A stretch of 64,000 bases of DNA from Candidatus Sericytochromatia bacterium (GTDB taxonomy: Bacteria; Cyanobacteriota; Sericytochromatia; S15B-MN24; UBA4093), in NCBI GenBank assembly GCA_036676985.1, contig JAKFBU010000027.1, positions 128,001-192,000 on the forward strand, given 5' to 3'. A model generated the notes under the pieces. That model saw nothing but the letters and a program-made list of their open reading frames with translations, ran no database searches and had not been told where the DNA came from. The position numbers and the translations under genes are program-made. Positions 40,424 to 50,250 of the stretch are shown here, in pieces. Numbering within the stretch: the stretch's first letter is position 1; every line of letters begins with the position of its first letter.

Positions 40424-42343
40424 TTGCCAGTCAAGCTGTTCAGTGGCCCACTGGCCCGAAAGTTCGCGAGCCTCGCCTTCTTGATCGTGCTGCCGCTCTG
40501 GGCCATCAGCACGTATCTCCTGGTGATGAGCCTGGACGAGCTCCAGTCCTATTCGCAGCAAGAGGTCAGCCGGCTGGCGGAGCTCTCGGGAAACTCCGTG
40601 GAGCTATGGTACCGGGACCAGGTCGGGGACATCCAAATGCTGACGCGCCTGCCGCAGTTCGAGCATGGGGCGACCCGCGAGGCCTACGACCTGATCACGG
40701 AGGTCGCCGCCATGCGTCCCGAGTGGCACGGCTTCTCCCTCATCGATGCCCAGGGAAACCTCCTCCTCTACTCGATCCGCCCCTACGGGGAGCCGCTCCC
40801 GAACCTGATGGATGTGGCGGCCCTTCGGACGGCCATCGCGGAGAAGCGGCCGACCGTTTCCGGCGTCTACATCACGCGGGTCGACCGGATCCCGGGGGTG
40901 GCCCTGGAGGTGCCCATCCTCCGGGAGGGCAAGGTCATTGGTGTCCTGGGGACGGTCTACCGGGCCGCCGATCTGGGGCACTTGTTCCTGGGCGGAGACC
41001 TGCCGCAAGCGACCGACGTCAAGGCCTTCGGCCGCTCCGGCGGGGTCGTGACGGTCTTCGACCAAAGCGGGCGGGTCGTGTACCGGAGCCTGGAACCGGA
41101 GCGCTGGATGGCCAAGGACGAGTCGGCCTTCCTAGCGAGGGTGGCGCCGCCCGGCAAGGAACGAGCGGTCGTCCAGACCAAGGGGCTGGATGGGGTCGAG
41201 CGCGTCTACGCGTATCGGTTGGTCCCCTCCATGGGCTGGCGGGTCCTGGTGGGCATGCCGGTCTCGCAGACCCAGGGCGTGCGCTGGCGGCTGCTCCCGC
41301 CGGCGCTGCTCTTGGACGTCGTGGCCATGCTGCTCACGCTCGGCCTGGTCATCGTGATGGCACGGCGGTTCACGCAGCCGGCCCTCGAGCTGCGGGACGC
41401 GGCGATCGCCTTCGGGGAGGGACACCTGGACGCGCGCGTGACGCGTCCTCCGCGGGACGAGATCGGCGACGTGGGTCATGCCTTCAACCGCATGGCCGAA
41501 CAGATCCGCGCGGCCCAAGAGACGCTAGAGGGACAGGTCGCCGAGCGCACCCGGCAGCTCGCGTCGGCCAATCAGGAACTGGCCGAGTCCAACGCCCAGA
41601 TGATTCTGAGCAATGGCCAGCTATCTGCCACCGTCGAGGAGCTCAAGCGCCTCGAGGAGCAGCGGGCGGAGTTCCTCAACATGACGAGCCATGACCTCCG
41701 GATTCCGCTCACGGCCATCCGGGGGTACGCCGAGTTTCTCGAGGACGGCACGGGGGGGCCGCTGACCCCACAGCAGCGGGAGTTCGTCAGTCAGATGATG
41801 AGCTCCATCGAGCGGATGACGGAGCTACTCGAGGAGCTGCTCGACTTCGCCCGGGTCGAGGCGGGACAGCTCAAGCTCGACCTCCAGACGGTCGACCTCT
41901 CGGAGCTCGTCCCGGCGGTGGTCAGCCCGCTGGTGGTCCTCGCCGATCGCAAGCAGCAACGCCTGGAGCTGGATGTTCCCGATGGGCTGCCGTTGGTCAC
42001 GGCGGATCCCTCGCGCCTCCAGCAAGTCCTCACGAACTTCCTGTCGAATGCCATCAAGTACACGCCCGAAGGCGGGCGCATCGTCCTGCAGGCGCGCGCA
42101 CAGGGCGACACGATCCGGGTGGCCGTCGCGGACACCGGTATCGGCATCTCCGCGGAGGATCAAAAGGAGCTGTTCAAACGCTTCTTCCGGGCGCAAAACG
42201 TCGACGGGATTCCCGGAACGGGCCTGGGCCTTTCCATCTCGCGCGGGATCATCGAGGCCCATGGCGGCCGGGTCGGCGCTGAAAGCACGCTCGGCGAGGG
42301 TTCGACCTTCTGGTTCGAGCTGCCGATACGGCGAGAGGGCTAG
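40424..42343 (+). CDS. Sensor histidine kinase (Cache-HAMP-HisKA-HATPase)
   Basis: Two TM helices, DEIGDV..FNRM, SHDLRIPLT, NAIKYT, DTGIGI, GTGLGL. Confidence 0.93.
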   Translation: MPVKLFSGPLARKFASLAFLIVLPLWAISTYLLVMSLDELQSYSQQEVSRLAELSGNSVELWYRDQVGDIQMLTRLPQFEHGATREAYDLITEVAAMRPEWHGFSLIDAQGNLLLYSIRPYGEPLPNLMDVAALRTAIAEKRPTVSGVYITRVDRIPGVALEVPILREGKVIGVLGTVYRAADLGHLFLGGDLPQATDVKAFGRSGGVVTVFDQSGRVVYRSLEPERWMAKDESAFLARVAPPGKERAVVQTKGLDGVERVYAYRLVPSMGWRVLVGMPVSQTQGVRWRLLPPALLLDVVAMLLTLGLVIVMARRFTQPALELRDAAIAFGEGHLDARVTRPPRDEIGDVGHAFNRMAEQIRAAQETLEGQVAERTRQLASANQELAESNAQMILSNGQLSATVEELKRLEEQRAEFLNMTSHDLRIPLTAIRGYAEFLEDGTGGPLTPQQREFVSQMMSSIERMTELLEELLDFARVEAGQLKLDLQTVDLSELVPAVVSPLVVLADRKQQRLELDVPDGLPLVTADPSRLQQVLTNFLSNAIKYTPEGGRIVLQARAQGDTIRVAVADTGIGISAEDQKELFKRFFRAQNVDGIPGTGLGLSISRGIIEAHGGRVGAESTLGEGSTFWFELPIRREG

Positions 42344-43800
42344 CGGCGTACCAGGAGCTTCAGATAGGGGTAGTGAGCCGAACGCACGAGGATTGAGGGT
42401 GGCGAGGACGAGTTTCTCGGCGTCTTGGTCACCTGGAGGTACTGGTAACCGCCGGTCTTCCAGAAGCGGACGATGCCGCGCGCCATGAAGCCGAGGAACG
42501 CGACTTGCTGGCGGTTGAGCTCTTGCTCGTTGGCGAGGAACACGTGGGTGACCGAGGGATGGTCGATGGCTCCGATCAACCGATCTACGAAGTTGAGGAG
42601 GCCCGCGGACCCGAACCGGCGAGCCAGTGCGTCCGTGAACAGCACGGAGAGGTGCGGACGGTCCGGCTGTACCGCGATCATTTCCCGGACCTGCCGGATG
42701 ACGTCCTGGACATACTCGGTGGCGGACTGTTCGGGACGGGCACTGACGACCACCTCACGGAGCGACGGGGGAATCTCGTGCTCGAAGATCTCGCTGAGGA
42801 TGATCCGCTTCTCGGCCGCCAGCTGCTCGAAGCTGAACCCGTACGGATCGAGGATCGTGGCGGACTCCCGAAAGTTGTGCCTTCCGCTCCTCAACAGGAA
42901 AAGGCTGGATCCGTCCGCGATCGCCTGGGTCAGGAGGGGCATCAGGAGGTCCGGGTAGTAGGACGTTTCGTCGAAACTGAGGAGCCAGGTGCTGTTGTAG
43001 GTGAGGCTGCCACCGAGCAGGCCGTCGAGGCCCGGAATGCCGCTCGAAAACCCGGTGGTGAGCCCGGAGGGCGGAATGTTTTGGACGGACTCCATGCCCA
43101 CGCGCGGGAACGCTTCGTAGTCCGGAGGAACCGCGACGACGCCGTCACGGTTGATCTCGAACAGCACGTAGGAGTTGTAGTGGTCGCGGCCCCGGACCTT
43201 GGGAGTCTGGAGGACCCGGTCCATGAGGCTGCCGTCGCCCACGGGCTGCCATTGCATGAGCATGTTGACGTCCGCCACGCGGCGGATGAGACCACTGGGC
43301 GGGTTATCGGGCCCCACGTCCTGGATGAGCAGGGTGGTGATACGTCGCCGGCGAAACAGATTGAGCAGACCCTCGAGCAATGTCCGGAAGGCCTGGCGCG
43401 ACTTGAGGTAGAGCCGGAGGTCGGTGACGGAATCGATGACCAGACGAGTTGGCATGAATTCCTCGAGGTGGCGGCGCAAGTGACCATCGCTCATCAAGAG
43501 CTCCTCGAGGAAGATGGCCGGGGACGTGGCGAGCAGTTGCAGGCGGCCCTCCGCCTCGAGGGCCCGCAGGTCCCAGCCGAAGTTGTTGGCAAACAGGTGA
43601 AGCTCTTCAGGCAGCTCGATGAACGACACGTAAATGGCGCGCTCATCGGGACGGTCACGGATGGCATGGACGAACTGAAGGGCGAGAGAGGTCTTGCCGA
43701 TGCCATTCTCGCCCTCGAGCAGCCAGCTGTAACCGTTGGGGATGCCGCCGCCCAGCACGTGGTCCAGGCCCGGGATGCCCGTCGTCATCAGGCTATGCAT
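42340..43800 (-). CDS. KaiC/RAD55-like RecA-fold ATPase with degenerate second domain
   Basis: TGIPGLD..GG, GENGIGKT, VIDS, KVRG; the second repeat SGIPGLDGLLGG has no Walker A. Confidence 0.85.
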   Translation of the reverse strand: MHSLMTTGIPGLDHVLGGGIPNGYSWLLEGENGIGKTSLALQFVHAIRDRPDERAIYVSFIELPEELHLFANNFGWDLRALEAEGRLQLLATSPAIFLEELLMSDGHLRRHLEEFMPTRLVIDSVTDLRLYLKSRQAFRTLLEGLLNLFRRRRITTLLIQDVGPDNPPSGLIRRVADVNMLMQWQPVGDGSLMDRVLQTPKVRGRDHYNSYVLFEINRDGVVAVPPDYEAFPRVGMESVQNIPPSGLTTGFSSGIPGLDGLLGGSLTYNSTWLLSFDETSYYPDLLMPLLTQAIADGSSLFLLRSGRHNFRESATILDPYGFSFEQLAAEKRIILSEIFEHEIPPSLREVVVSARPEQSATEYVQDVIRQVREMIAVQPDRPHLSVLFTDALARRFGSAGLLNFVDRLIGAIDHPSVTHVFLANEQELNRQQVAFLGFMARGIVRFWKTGGYQYLQVTKTPRNSSSPPSILVRSAHYPYLKLLVRR

Positions 43801-44158
43801 GATGGCTGCCCACCTGACGGCGCAGGATCTCCCGGACGAAGGCCAGGAACTCGCCCCGACTGCGGTTGATCTTGTCCGCCATGCCGATGATCTTGTCGCG
43901 GGTCGAGCCGTCGCCGGTCAGTCGGTAGATGCGATCGCCCATGGACGTCTCGAGGCTCTCGAGGATCCCTTGGCGGACGAGCCCCTCCAGTGCCTCGCTC
44001 GCTTCGCGCTCGCTGATCCCGACTCGATGGGCCAGGCCGCCGGCGGTCTCCCAGGTGCCGGGGTTCCGCCCGAGGAACTCGAGCAGGTAGAAGATCGGCA
44101 GGCTCGTCAGCACCGACGGTAAGGGATCGGGTAGGTTTTGGAGCCGTGAATCCTGCAT
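43793..44158 (-). CDS. Small winged-helix protein
   Basis: LAHRVGIS..EASEALEGLVRQGIL..IYRL; overlaps the KaiC-like gene start. Confidence 0.65.
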   Translation of the reverse strand: MQDSRLQNLPDPLPSVLTSLPIFYLLEFLGRNPGTWETAGGLAHRVGISEREASEALEGLVRQGILESLETSMGDRIYRLTGDGSTRDKIIGMADKINRSRGEFLAFVREILRRQVGSHHA

Positions 44159-44536
44159 GACCCTAGTATGATTTTCTCGGCCCGCATGTCATCGTAAGAG
44201 CCGCATGGGAATTCGTCCGAACCGGACCAATGTGTTGCTGTTGGTCGAGAGTAGACACCGAGTCGCCAGCATGCGCTGCCCGTCCTGTAATGGCGAGCAT
44301 TCGGCACTGATAAGACGGCTCTGCGAATGTCTACTGCCAAGTCGGATAATATATCTTATGTCGCTCGGGCGCTCCAGATGGCGCGTTATGGTAGCTCGAG
44401 CATGTCGGCGTTCTGCAGGTCATTCTGATCGCGGGACAAACGTCGTACGCAAGTGACAGAATATTTCTTATCCGACGTTCGGAGCGGCTCTCCATGCTGT
44501 CGCCCCCCTCTTGCGCTCGCCCCCCCAGGGAGCGTC

Positions 44537-44579
44537 AAACGGAACACCGAGAGGCAGCCTGCCTCCCGGTGTTCCGTTT
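44537..44579 (-). terminator. Hairpin terminator after dnaE
   Basis: AAACGGAACACCGAGAGGCA..TGCCTCCCGGTGTTCCGTTT. Confidence 0.7.
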
Positions 44580-44613
44580 CCTAAAAACGCAGTCAGTGTC
44601 GGCGTTTTTGCCC

Positions 44614-47600
44614 CTAGACCAGCGACAGCTGAGGCTCCGGGTCGTACCACTCGATGCGCGACTCCGGCAGCAACGCTCCCAGGCTGGCTTCCAGCTCCGA
44701 GGTCCGGGCCACCCAGAAGGCATCGCTCGTGATGACCTGCTCGCGCCGGTGATCGAAGTGGAAGATGACCGGAACGTCCCCCTGGTGGTTGCGCAGGGTC
44801 TGCGCGATGAGCACCAGCTGCTGGGGCGTGGCGAACTCGGACAGATGCAGGTGCAGGGAGGCCATGGCCCCCAACTTGTAGACCTGGCTGATCATCACCT
44901 GCGGGCGATCGTCCCGGTTGGAGAACTTGCCCTTGATGAGGATCTTCGCGTCGTCGTGCAGGAGGGCCGAGTAGTTCTCGTAGGCCTCGGGGAATGCGAC
45001 CACGTCCACCTGGCCCGTGAAGTCCTCGAGCTTGCCCGCAAGCATGGTATTGCCCGTCTTGGTCATCATGCGCCGGGTCTGCGTCAGGAGGCCGCCCACG
45101 ACGACGGGCTTGTTGTCGCCCATGGACTCGAGCTGTGCCGTGGTGTGGCTCGTGTGCCACTCCAGCTTGACCGGGATGCTCTGGAGCGGGTGGCCCGAGA
45201 CGTAGAAGCCCATGAGCTCCTTTTCCATGGCCAGGAGCTCCTCGAACTCGATGGCCGGAACGTCGGGCAGCGACGGGGTATCGACGACGATGGCCGACAT
45301 GGCCCCGCCGAACAGGGAGAATTGACCGACGGCCTCGTCGCGCTGCTTGCGAGAAGCGCGATCGACGGCATCGTCGAGGACCGCCAGGTACTGGGCCCGG
45401 TGACCACCCAGGGAATCCATGGCGCCCGAGCGGATCAGGCTCTCGATGCAGCGCTTGTTGACCTGCTTGAGGTCCACCTCGGAGCAGAACTGGTAGAAGT
45501 CCTTGAACCGCTTCTCGGGCAGGCGGTTGCGGGCGTCGGTGATGGCGTCGATGGCGCCCAAGCCCACGTTCTTGATGGCCCCGAGGCCGAAACGGATGCC
45601 TTCGTCGGTCGGCGTGAATTCCGGGCCGCTCTCGTTGACGTCGGGCGGCAGGACCTTGATGCCCATGCGCCGGCAGTCGTTGATGCACAGCAGGATCTTG
45701 TCCTGCGAGCCAATGAGGCTGCTCATCAGAGCGGCCATGTACTCGGTGGGATAGTAGGCCTTGAGGTAGGCGGTGTGGTAGGTGACGACCCCGTAGGCGG
45801 CCGTGTGAGCTCGGTTGAAGCAGTACTCCGAGAACTTGGTCATCTTGTCGAAGAGGTCGTTGGCGACCTCCTCGGGGACCCCATGCTTGCGCGTCCCTTC
45901 CAGGAAGATCTCGCGCTGCTTGTCCATCTCCTCCTTTTTCTTCTTGCCCATCGCGCGGCGGAGGAGGTCCGCCTGTCCCAGGCTGTAGCCCGCGAGCACC
46001 TGGGCGATCTGCATGATCTGCTCCTGGAAGACCATGGTGCCGTAGGTGTCGCCCAGGATGGGCACGAGGTCCGGGTGCGCGTACTCGATGGCCTTCTTGC
46101 CATGCTTACGATCGACGTACTCGTCGACGTAGCCGGATTGGATAGGACCCGGGCGGTAGAGCGCGAGAACCGCCGAGATGTCTTCGAAGTTGGTCGGCTG
46201 GAGGCGTTTGATGAGCTTGGTCATGCCCTCCGATTCGACCTGGAAGATGCCCACGGTCGCGCCCGACTGGAGAAGCTCGTAGACCTTGACGTCCGTGAAG
46301 TCCTGGGAGTTGAGGTCGTAGTCGACGCCATAGCGGGCCTTGATGTGGACCAGCGCCCTGGCGATCATCGTCAGGTTGCGCAGGCCCAGGAAGTCCATCT
46401 TGAGGAGGCCCATCATCTCGCAGTACTTGTACTCGTACTGCGTGGAGATGCCCTCTTCGTCGTCCTTGCCGACCTTCTGGAGGGGGACAGTCTCGGTCAA
46501 GGGGTCGCGCGCGATGATGACGCCCGCGGCGTGCAAGCTCGTGTTGCGGACAATGCCCTCGAGCTTCTTGCCCAGGTCGAGGATCTCGGCGACCTTGGGG
46601 TCCTTCTGGGCCTCGGCGAAGAGCTCCGTGCCTTCCTTGCTGGCATCCGCGAGGCTGATGCCCAACTCCTCGGGGACCATCTTGGTCAGACGGTTGGTGT
46701 CGTTGAAGTTGAGCTCGAGCGCCCGGCCCACGTCCTTGATGGCCGCCTTGGCGCCCAGCGTGCCGTAGGTGACGATCTGGGCGACCTTGTCGCGGCCGTA
46801 CTTCTGGGCCACGTACTCGATGACCTCACCGCGGCGCTCGATGCAGAAGTCGATATCCATATCGGGCATGCTGACGCGTTCGGGGTTGAGGAAGCGCTCG
46901 AACAGCAGGTTGTACTTGACCGGGTCGATGTTGGTGATCTTGAGGCAGTAGGCGACGAGCGAGCCTGCGGCCGATCCGCGGCCCGGGCCCACCTGGATCC
47001 CGTTGAGCTTGGCGTAGTTGATGAAGTCCCAGACGATGAGGAAGTACGCCGAGAAGCCCATCTGCTGGATGATCGTCAGCTCGAAGCGCAGCCGCTCCTC
47101 GAGGTCGGGCGTCACGTCCTCGTAGCGCTCCTTGAGGCCGTCCCACGCGAGCTTGGTCAGGAAGGAGTCGCCGGTGTGGCCCTGCGGCACCTCGTAGTTC
47201 GGCAGGAAGTTGCGGCCGAAGTCGAGGATCAGGTTGCACTTCTGGGCGATCTCGAGCGTGCTGTACAGGGCCTGCGGCGTGTCGTGGAAGACCTCGCGCA
47301 TCTCGGCCGGGTTCTTGAGGTAGAAGTCGGGCCCGTAGTGCATCTTTCGACTGGGATCGAGCAGGCTCTTGCCCGTCTGGATGGCCAAGAGCGCCTCGTG
47401 CGCCCGCATGTCCCCCGGGTTGGTGAAGTGGGAGTCGTTGGTGGCCGCGACCTTGATGCCCAGGCGCTCGGAGAGCTCGAGCATCGCCCGGTTGACGCGC
47501 TTCTGCTCGTCGAGGCCGTGGTTTTGCAGCTCCAGGTAGAAGTCGTCACCGAAGACCCGCTTGTACCAGAGGGCGCTAGCTTCGGCCTCCTCGAAGCGGT

Positions 47601-48057
47601 TGTGGAGGATGTGCTGGGGGATCTCGCCGCCGAGGCAGGCCGTCAGGGCGATGATGCCCTCCGAGTGCTGCTCCAGGATGTCCTTGTCGATGCGCGGCTT
47701 GTGGTAGAAGCCCTCCAGGTGGCCCATGGTGTTGAGCTTGACCAGGTTCTTGTAGCCTGTGCGGTTCTTGGCGAGCAGCACGAGGTGGTTGTAGTTCTTG
47801 CCGCCGGACTTGTTGGGGGACTTGTCGAGCCGCGAGTTCGGGGCGATGTAGGACTCCATGCCCACGATGGGCTTGACGCCCGACTCCTTGGCCTTGCGGT
47901 AGAACTCGATGGCGCCGTACATGACGCCGTGATCCGTCAGGGCCAGGGCCGGCATCTCGTACTTCGCCGCGCGCTTGACGAGCTCTCCGATGCGGCTGGC
48001 GCCGTCCAGGAGCGAATACTCGGAATGGACGTGACAGTGGACGAATGTCGCGGGCAT
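44614..48057 (-). CDS. dnaE: DNA polymerase III alpha subunit
   Basis: HCHVHSEYSLLDG (PHP), GRGSAAGS, FERFLNPER..PDMDIDF, KMDFLGL, ALYRPGP. Confidence 0.98.
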   Translation of the reverse strand: MPATFVHCHVHSEYSLLDGASRIGELVKRAAKYEMPALALTDHGVMYGAIEFYRKAKESGVKPIVGMESYIAPNSRLDKSPNKSGGKNYNHLVLLAKNRTGYKNLVKLNTMGHLEGFYHKPRIDKDILEQHSEGIIALTACLGGEIPQHILHNRFEEAEASALWYKRVFGDDFYLELQNHGLDEQKRVNRAMLELSERLGIKVAATNDSHFTNPGDMRAHEALLAIQTGKSLLDPSRKMHYGPDFYLKNPAEMREVFHDTPQALYSTLEIAQKCNLILDFGRNFLPNYEVPQGHTGDSFLTKLAWDGLKERYEDVTPDLEERLRFELTIIQQMGFSAYFLIVWDFINYAKLNGIQVGPGRGSAAGSLVAYCLKITNIDPVKYNLLFERFLNPERVSMPDMDIDFCIERRGEVIEYVAQKYGRDKVAQIVTYGTLGAKAAIKDVGRALELNFNDTNRLTKMVPEELGISLADASKEGTELFAEAQKDPKVAEILDLGKKLEGIVRNTSLHAAGVIIARDPLTETVPLQKVGKDDEEGISTQYEYKYCEMMGLLKMDFLGLRNLTMIARALVHIKARYGVDYDLNSQDFTDVKVYELLQSGATVGIFQVESEGMTKLIKRLQPTNFEDISAVLALYRPGPIQSGYVDEYVDRKHGKKAIEYAHPDLVPILGDTYGTMVFQEQIMQIAQVLAGYSLGQADLLRRAMGKKKKEEMDKQREIFLEGTRKHGVPEEVANDLFDKMTKFSEYCFNRAHTAAYGVVTYHTAYLKAYYPTEYMAALMSSLIGSQDKILLCINDCRRMGIKVLPPDVNESGPEFTPTDEGIRFGLGAIKNVGLGAIDAITDARNRLPEKRFKDFYQFCSEVDLKQVNKRCIESLIRSGAMDSLGGHRAQYLAVLDDAVDRASRKQRDEAVGQFSLFGGAMSAIVVDTPSLPDVPAIEFEELLAMEKELMGFYVSGHPLQSIPVKLEWHTSHTTAQLESMGDNKPVVVGGLLTQTRRMMTKTGNTMLAGKLEDFTGQVDVVAFPEAYENYSALLHDDAKILIKGKFSNRDDRPQVMISQVYKLGAMASLHLHLSEFATPQQLVLIAQTLRNHQGDVPVIFHFDHRREQVITSDAFWVARTSELEASLGALLPESRIEWYDPEPQLSLV

Positions 48058-48275
48058 GGACGGGCACCTCGTGGCCAAGCGTTCGACGGGGGGAGTACCC
48101 ACCAGGCAGGTAGTCGCTCCTATCTTAACACAGCCAGAGAGGGCCAAAACGCAGGGCACGCCCGAATCCAGGCGCCTACCCGGCCACGAAATTCGCGCCC
48201 GGCGCAAGTACCGGGCGCGGCTCGAACGTATGTTTCATGCTTGCCGGTGAGCGGCTCTCCGCGGGCTTCACGGGT

Positions 48276-49259
48276 CTACCAGTGGAGTCTCCGACAGCTC
48301 TGGTAATTGGCCACCTCCACCTGCAGGGTGGCATGCTCGATGCCGAACCGGTCATGGAGCTGGTCCTTGAGGCTTTCGAGCACGACCATGCTGTCGTTGA
48401 CCTCGTTGACCACCACATGACAGGTCAGCGAGACCATGCCGGAGGTGACGGTCCAGATGTGCAGGTCGTGGGAGGCGATGACGCCCGGGATGGCCTCGAT
48501 GGTGTGGACCACCTCGGCCGGATCGATGTGCATGGGCGTGCTCTGGAGCAAGATGTCGACCGAGCTCGTGACCAGGCTCCACGCGCTCTTGAGGACCAAG
48601 AGGCCCACCAGGCCCGAGATGATCGGGTCCGCCACGTACCACTGGAAGCGCCAGATGAGGAAACCGGCAAGGATCGCCCCCAGCGATCCCAGCGCGTCCC
48701 CGATGACGTGGGCGAGCGCCCCCTTCACGTTGAGGCTTTCGTGCGCCGAATGGCTCAGGACCCACGCGCCGAACAAGTTGACGAGCAGGCCGCCCGTCGC
48801 GATCGCCATCATCGGGAGCGCCACGACCTCGGGCGGCCGGCCCAGGCGCTGCACGACCTCGAGGAGGATGCCGCCGGCCACCACGATGAGCAAGGAGCCG
48901 TTGAGGAGCGCCGCCAGGATCTCGAGTCGGTAGTAGCCGAACGAGCGCTTGAGCGTGGGAGGGCGGTTGGCGATCCACATGGCGCCGAAGCTGAGCGCCA
49001 GGGCCGCCACGTCGGTGAACATGTGCCCGGCATCGGCCAACAGCGCCAAGCTGTTGGTCATGAAGCCGCCCACCAGCTCGACGAGGAAGTAGGCGAACGA
49101 AAGGCAAAGGACCGTCAAAAGGGCCTTCTGAGACGCTTCGCGGTAGTGGTGATGATGGCCGTGGCCATGTCCATGATCATGGGTATGGGCATGCCCGTGC
49201 CCTTCGCAGCGTTCTTCCTCATGGACGTCGGGTTTCAACCCATCGATCGGCTCCGCCAT
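48276..49259 (-). CDS. czcD: Cation diffusion facilitator (CzcD/ZitB-like) with His-rich N-terminus
   Basis: SLALLADAGHMFTD, HVIGDALGS, HDLHIW, HATLQVE. Confidence 0.9.
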   Translation of the reverse strand: MAEPIDGLKPDVHEEERCEGHGHAHTHDHGHGHGHHHHYREASQKALLTVLCLSFAYFLVELVGGFMTNSLALLADAGHMFTDVAALALSFGAMWIANRPPTLKRSFGYYRLEILAALLNGSLLIVVAGGILLEVVQRLGRPPEVVALPMMAIATGGLLVNLFGAWVLSHSAHESLNVKGALAHVIGDALGSLGAILAGFLIWRFQWYVADPIISGLVGLLVLKSAWSLVTSSVDILLQSTPMHIDPAEVVHTIEAIPGVIASHDLHIWTVTSGMVSLTCHVVVNEVNDSMVVLESLKDQLHDRFGIEHATLQVEVANYQSCRRLHW

Positions 49260-49374
49260 GTGTCTCCCTCTAAATCTGGTGCTACGTTTATCCGATCCAT
49301 CCGGATCGTAAATCGTTTCCGTCGTTGCATAACCAGGCAAACATGTAACGTGGTTAATACCTACCCAAGCGCAT

Positions 49375-49440
49375 TAATAACCTGGCTATCTAATTAGCCT
49401 TACGTTTACCCGGGTTAACTAATAACCTAGCTTCCTAATT
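49375..49440. repeat. Imperfect 21-bp direct repeat (18/21 identity, period 45) in AT-rich region upstream of czcD
   Basis: TAATAACCTGGCTATCTAATT (49375) and TAATAACCTAGCTTCCTAATT (49420). Confidence 0.6.
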
Positions 49441-49485
49441 GGAATACAACCGTCCAATAGGTAGCCTGATTAACAATTAACTGCT

Positions 49486-50118
49486 TTAACTACCGACGCT
49501 CAAGTTGTCGGAGATATCCGAGGTCGGCTTGTAGGCTCCGAAGGTGATGAGGGGGGTGCCCTCGGTCAGGGATCCTCCGTCCAACACGTCGCCCAGGATG
49601 ACCATGTGATCGCCGTTCTCCACGGTCTCGGCCACCTTGCACTCCACGAAACCCAGGGCTCGCTGAAGGATTGGGGCCCCGCTCGAGACGCCGCGAGAAT
49701 ATTCTACCTTGTCGAAGACCCGTGACGAGTCCTCCATGGCGGCCGAGAAGCGATCGCAAACGTCACGCTGCGCCTCGCTCAGGAAGTTCACGGCGAAGGT
49801 TCCCGAGCTCAAGAGCAGCTCGCAGGCCGGATGATCCCGCCGGATGGCCACCGAAACGCGCGGGGGACGCTGGCTTGCCGTTGCAAGCGTCCCGATGGTC
49901 ACTCCGGCGAGGCGCTCCCCATGCTGGGAGGTCAGGATGACGATGCCCGCCACGAGGCAGTTGAGGGCCTTGTCGGCCCGATCGAGCCTGGCGGCGCGCC
50001 CCACGTCCTCTAAGACGTCCTCGTACTCCAAGACCCCGCCGCGCGGCGGCAACTCGCTGTAGAAGGTGATCTCCTGCTCGGGAAAGGCACCCGCCTCGGC
50101 CTTCCGCCGCTCGTCCAT
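49486..50118 (-). CDS. Flavin reductase-like protein
   Basis: S..PP.V, FAVNFL, GAPIL, EC.V, GDH.VILG.V; AGGAGG RBS. Confidence 0.85.
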   Translation of the reverse strand: MDERRKAEAGAFPEQEITFYSELPPRGGVLEYEDVLEDVGRAARLDRADKALNCLVAGIVILTSQHGERLAGVTIGTLATASQRPPRVSVAIRRDHPACELLLSSGTFAVNFLSEAQRDVCDRFSAAMEDSSRVFDKVEYSRGVSSGAPILQRALGFVECKVAETVENGDHMVILGDVLDGGSLTEGTPLITFGAYKPTSDISDNLSVGS

Positions 50119-50250
50119 GGTCGCCTCCTTCCGGCCCTAAGCCGTTTTCATCTTAGGCCGACGCCACGCTCCGCATCAACGCCTGTAGGCAGGGTAGTGT
50201 CCCGCCGGATGCCAGGGGGCATAATGATAAGGATTGGATAGAGGGTGCCG

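Noticed and set aside
42340-43800. Circadian clock kaiC
   Set aside because: The second domain lacks Walker A, the phospho-sites are not evident, and kaiA/kaiB are absent.
44205-44456. Small ORF with CPSC in the low-GC spacer
   Set aside because: No RBS, atypical codon usage and no proper second Cys pair; probably non-coding.
44494-48306. 1270-aa plus-strand ORF
   Set aside because: Antisense shadow of dnaE caused by high-GC codon bias; no motifs. The same applies to other long antisense or alternate-frame ORFs such as 7442-9166, 17381-19471, 36237-37700 and 59530-61386.
49260-49345. Possible NiCo (czcD) riboswitch upstream of the CDF gene
   Set aside because: Only a simple hairpin (CGATCC-ATCC-GGATCG on the plus strand) is visible; the multi-stem NiCo consensus was not recognised.
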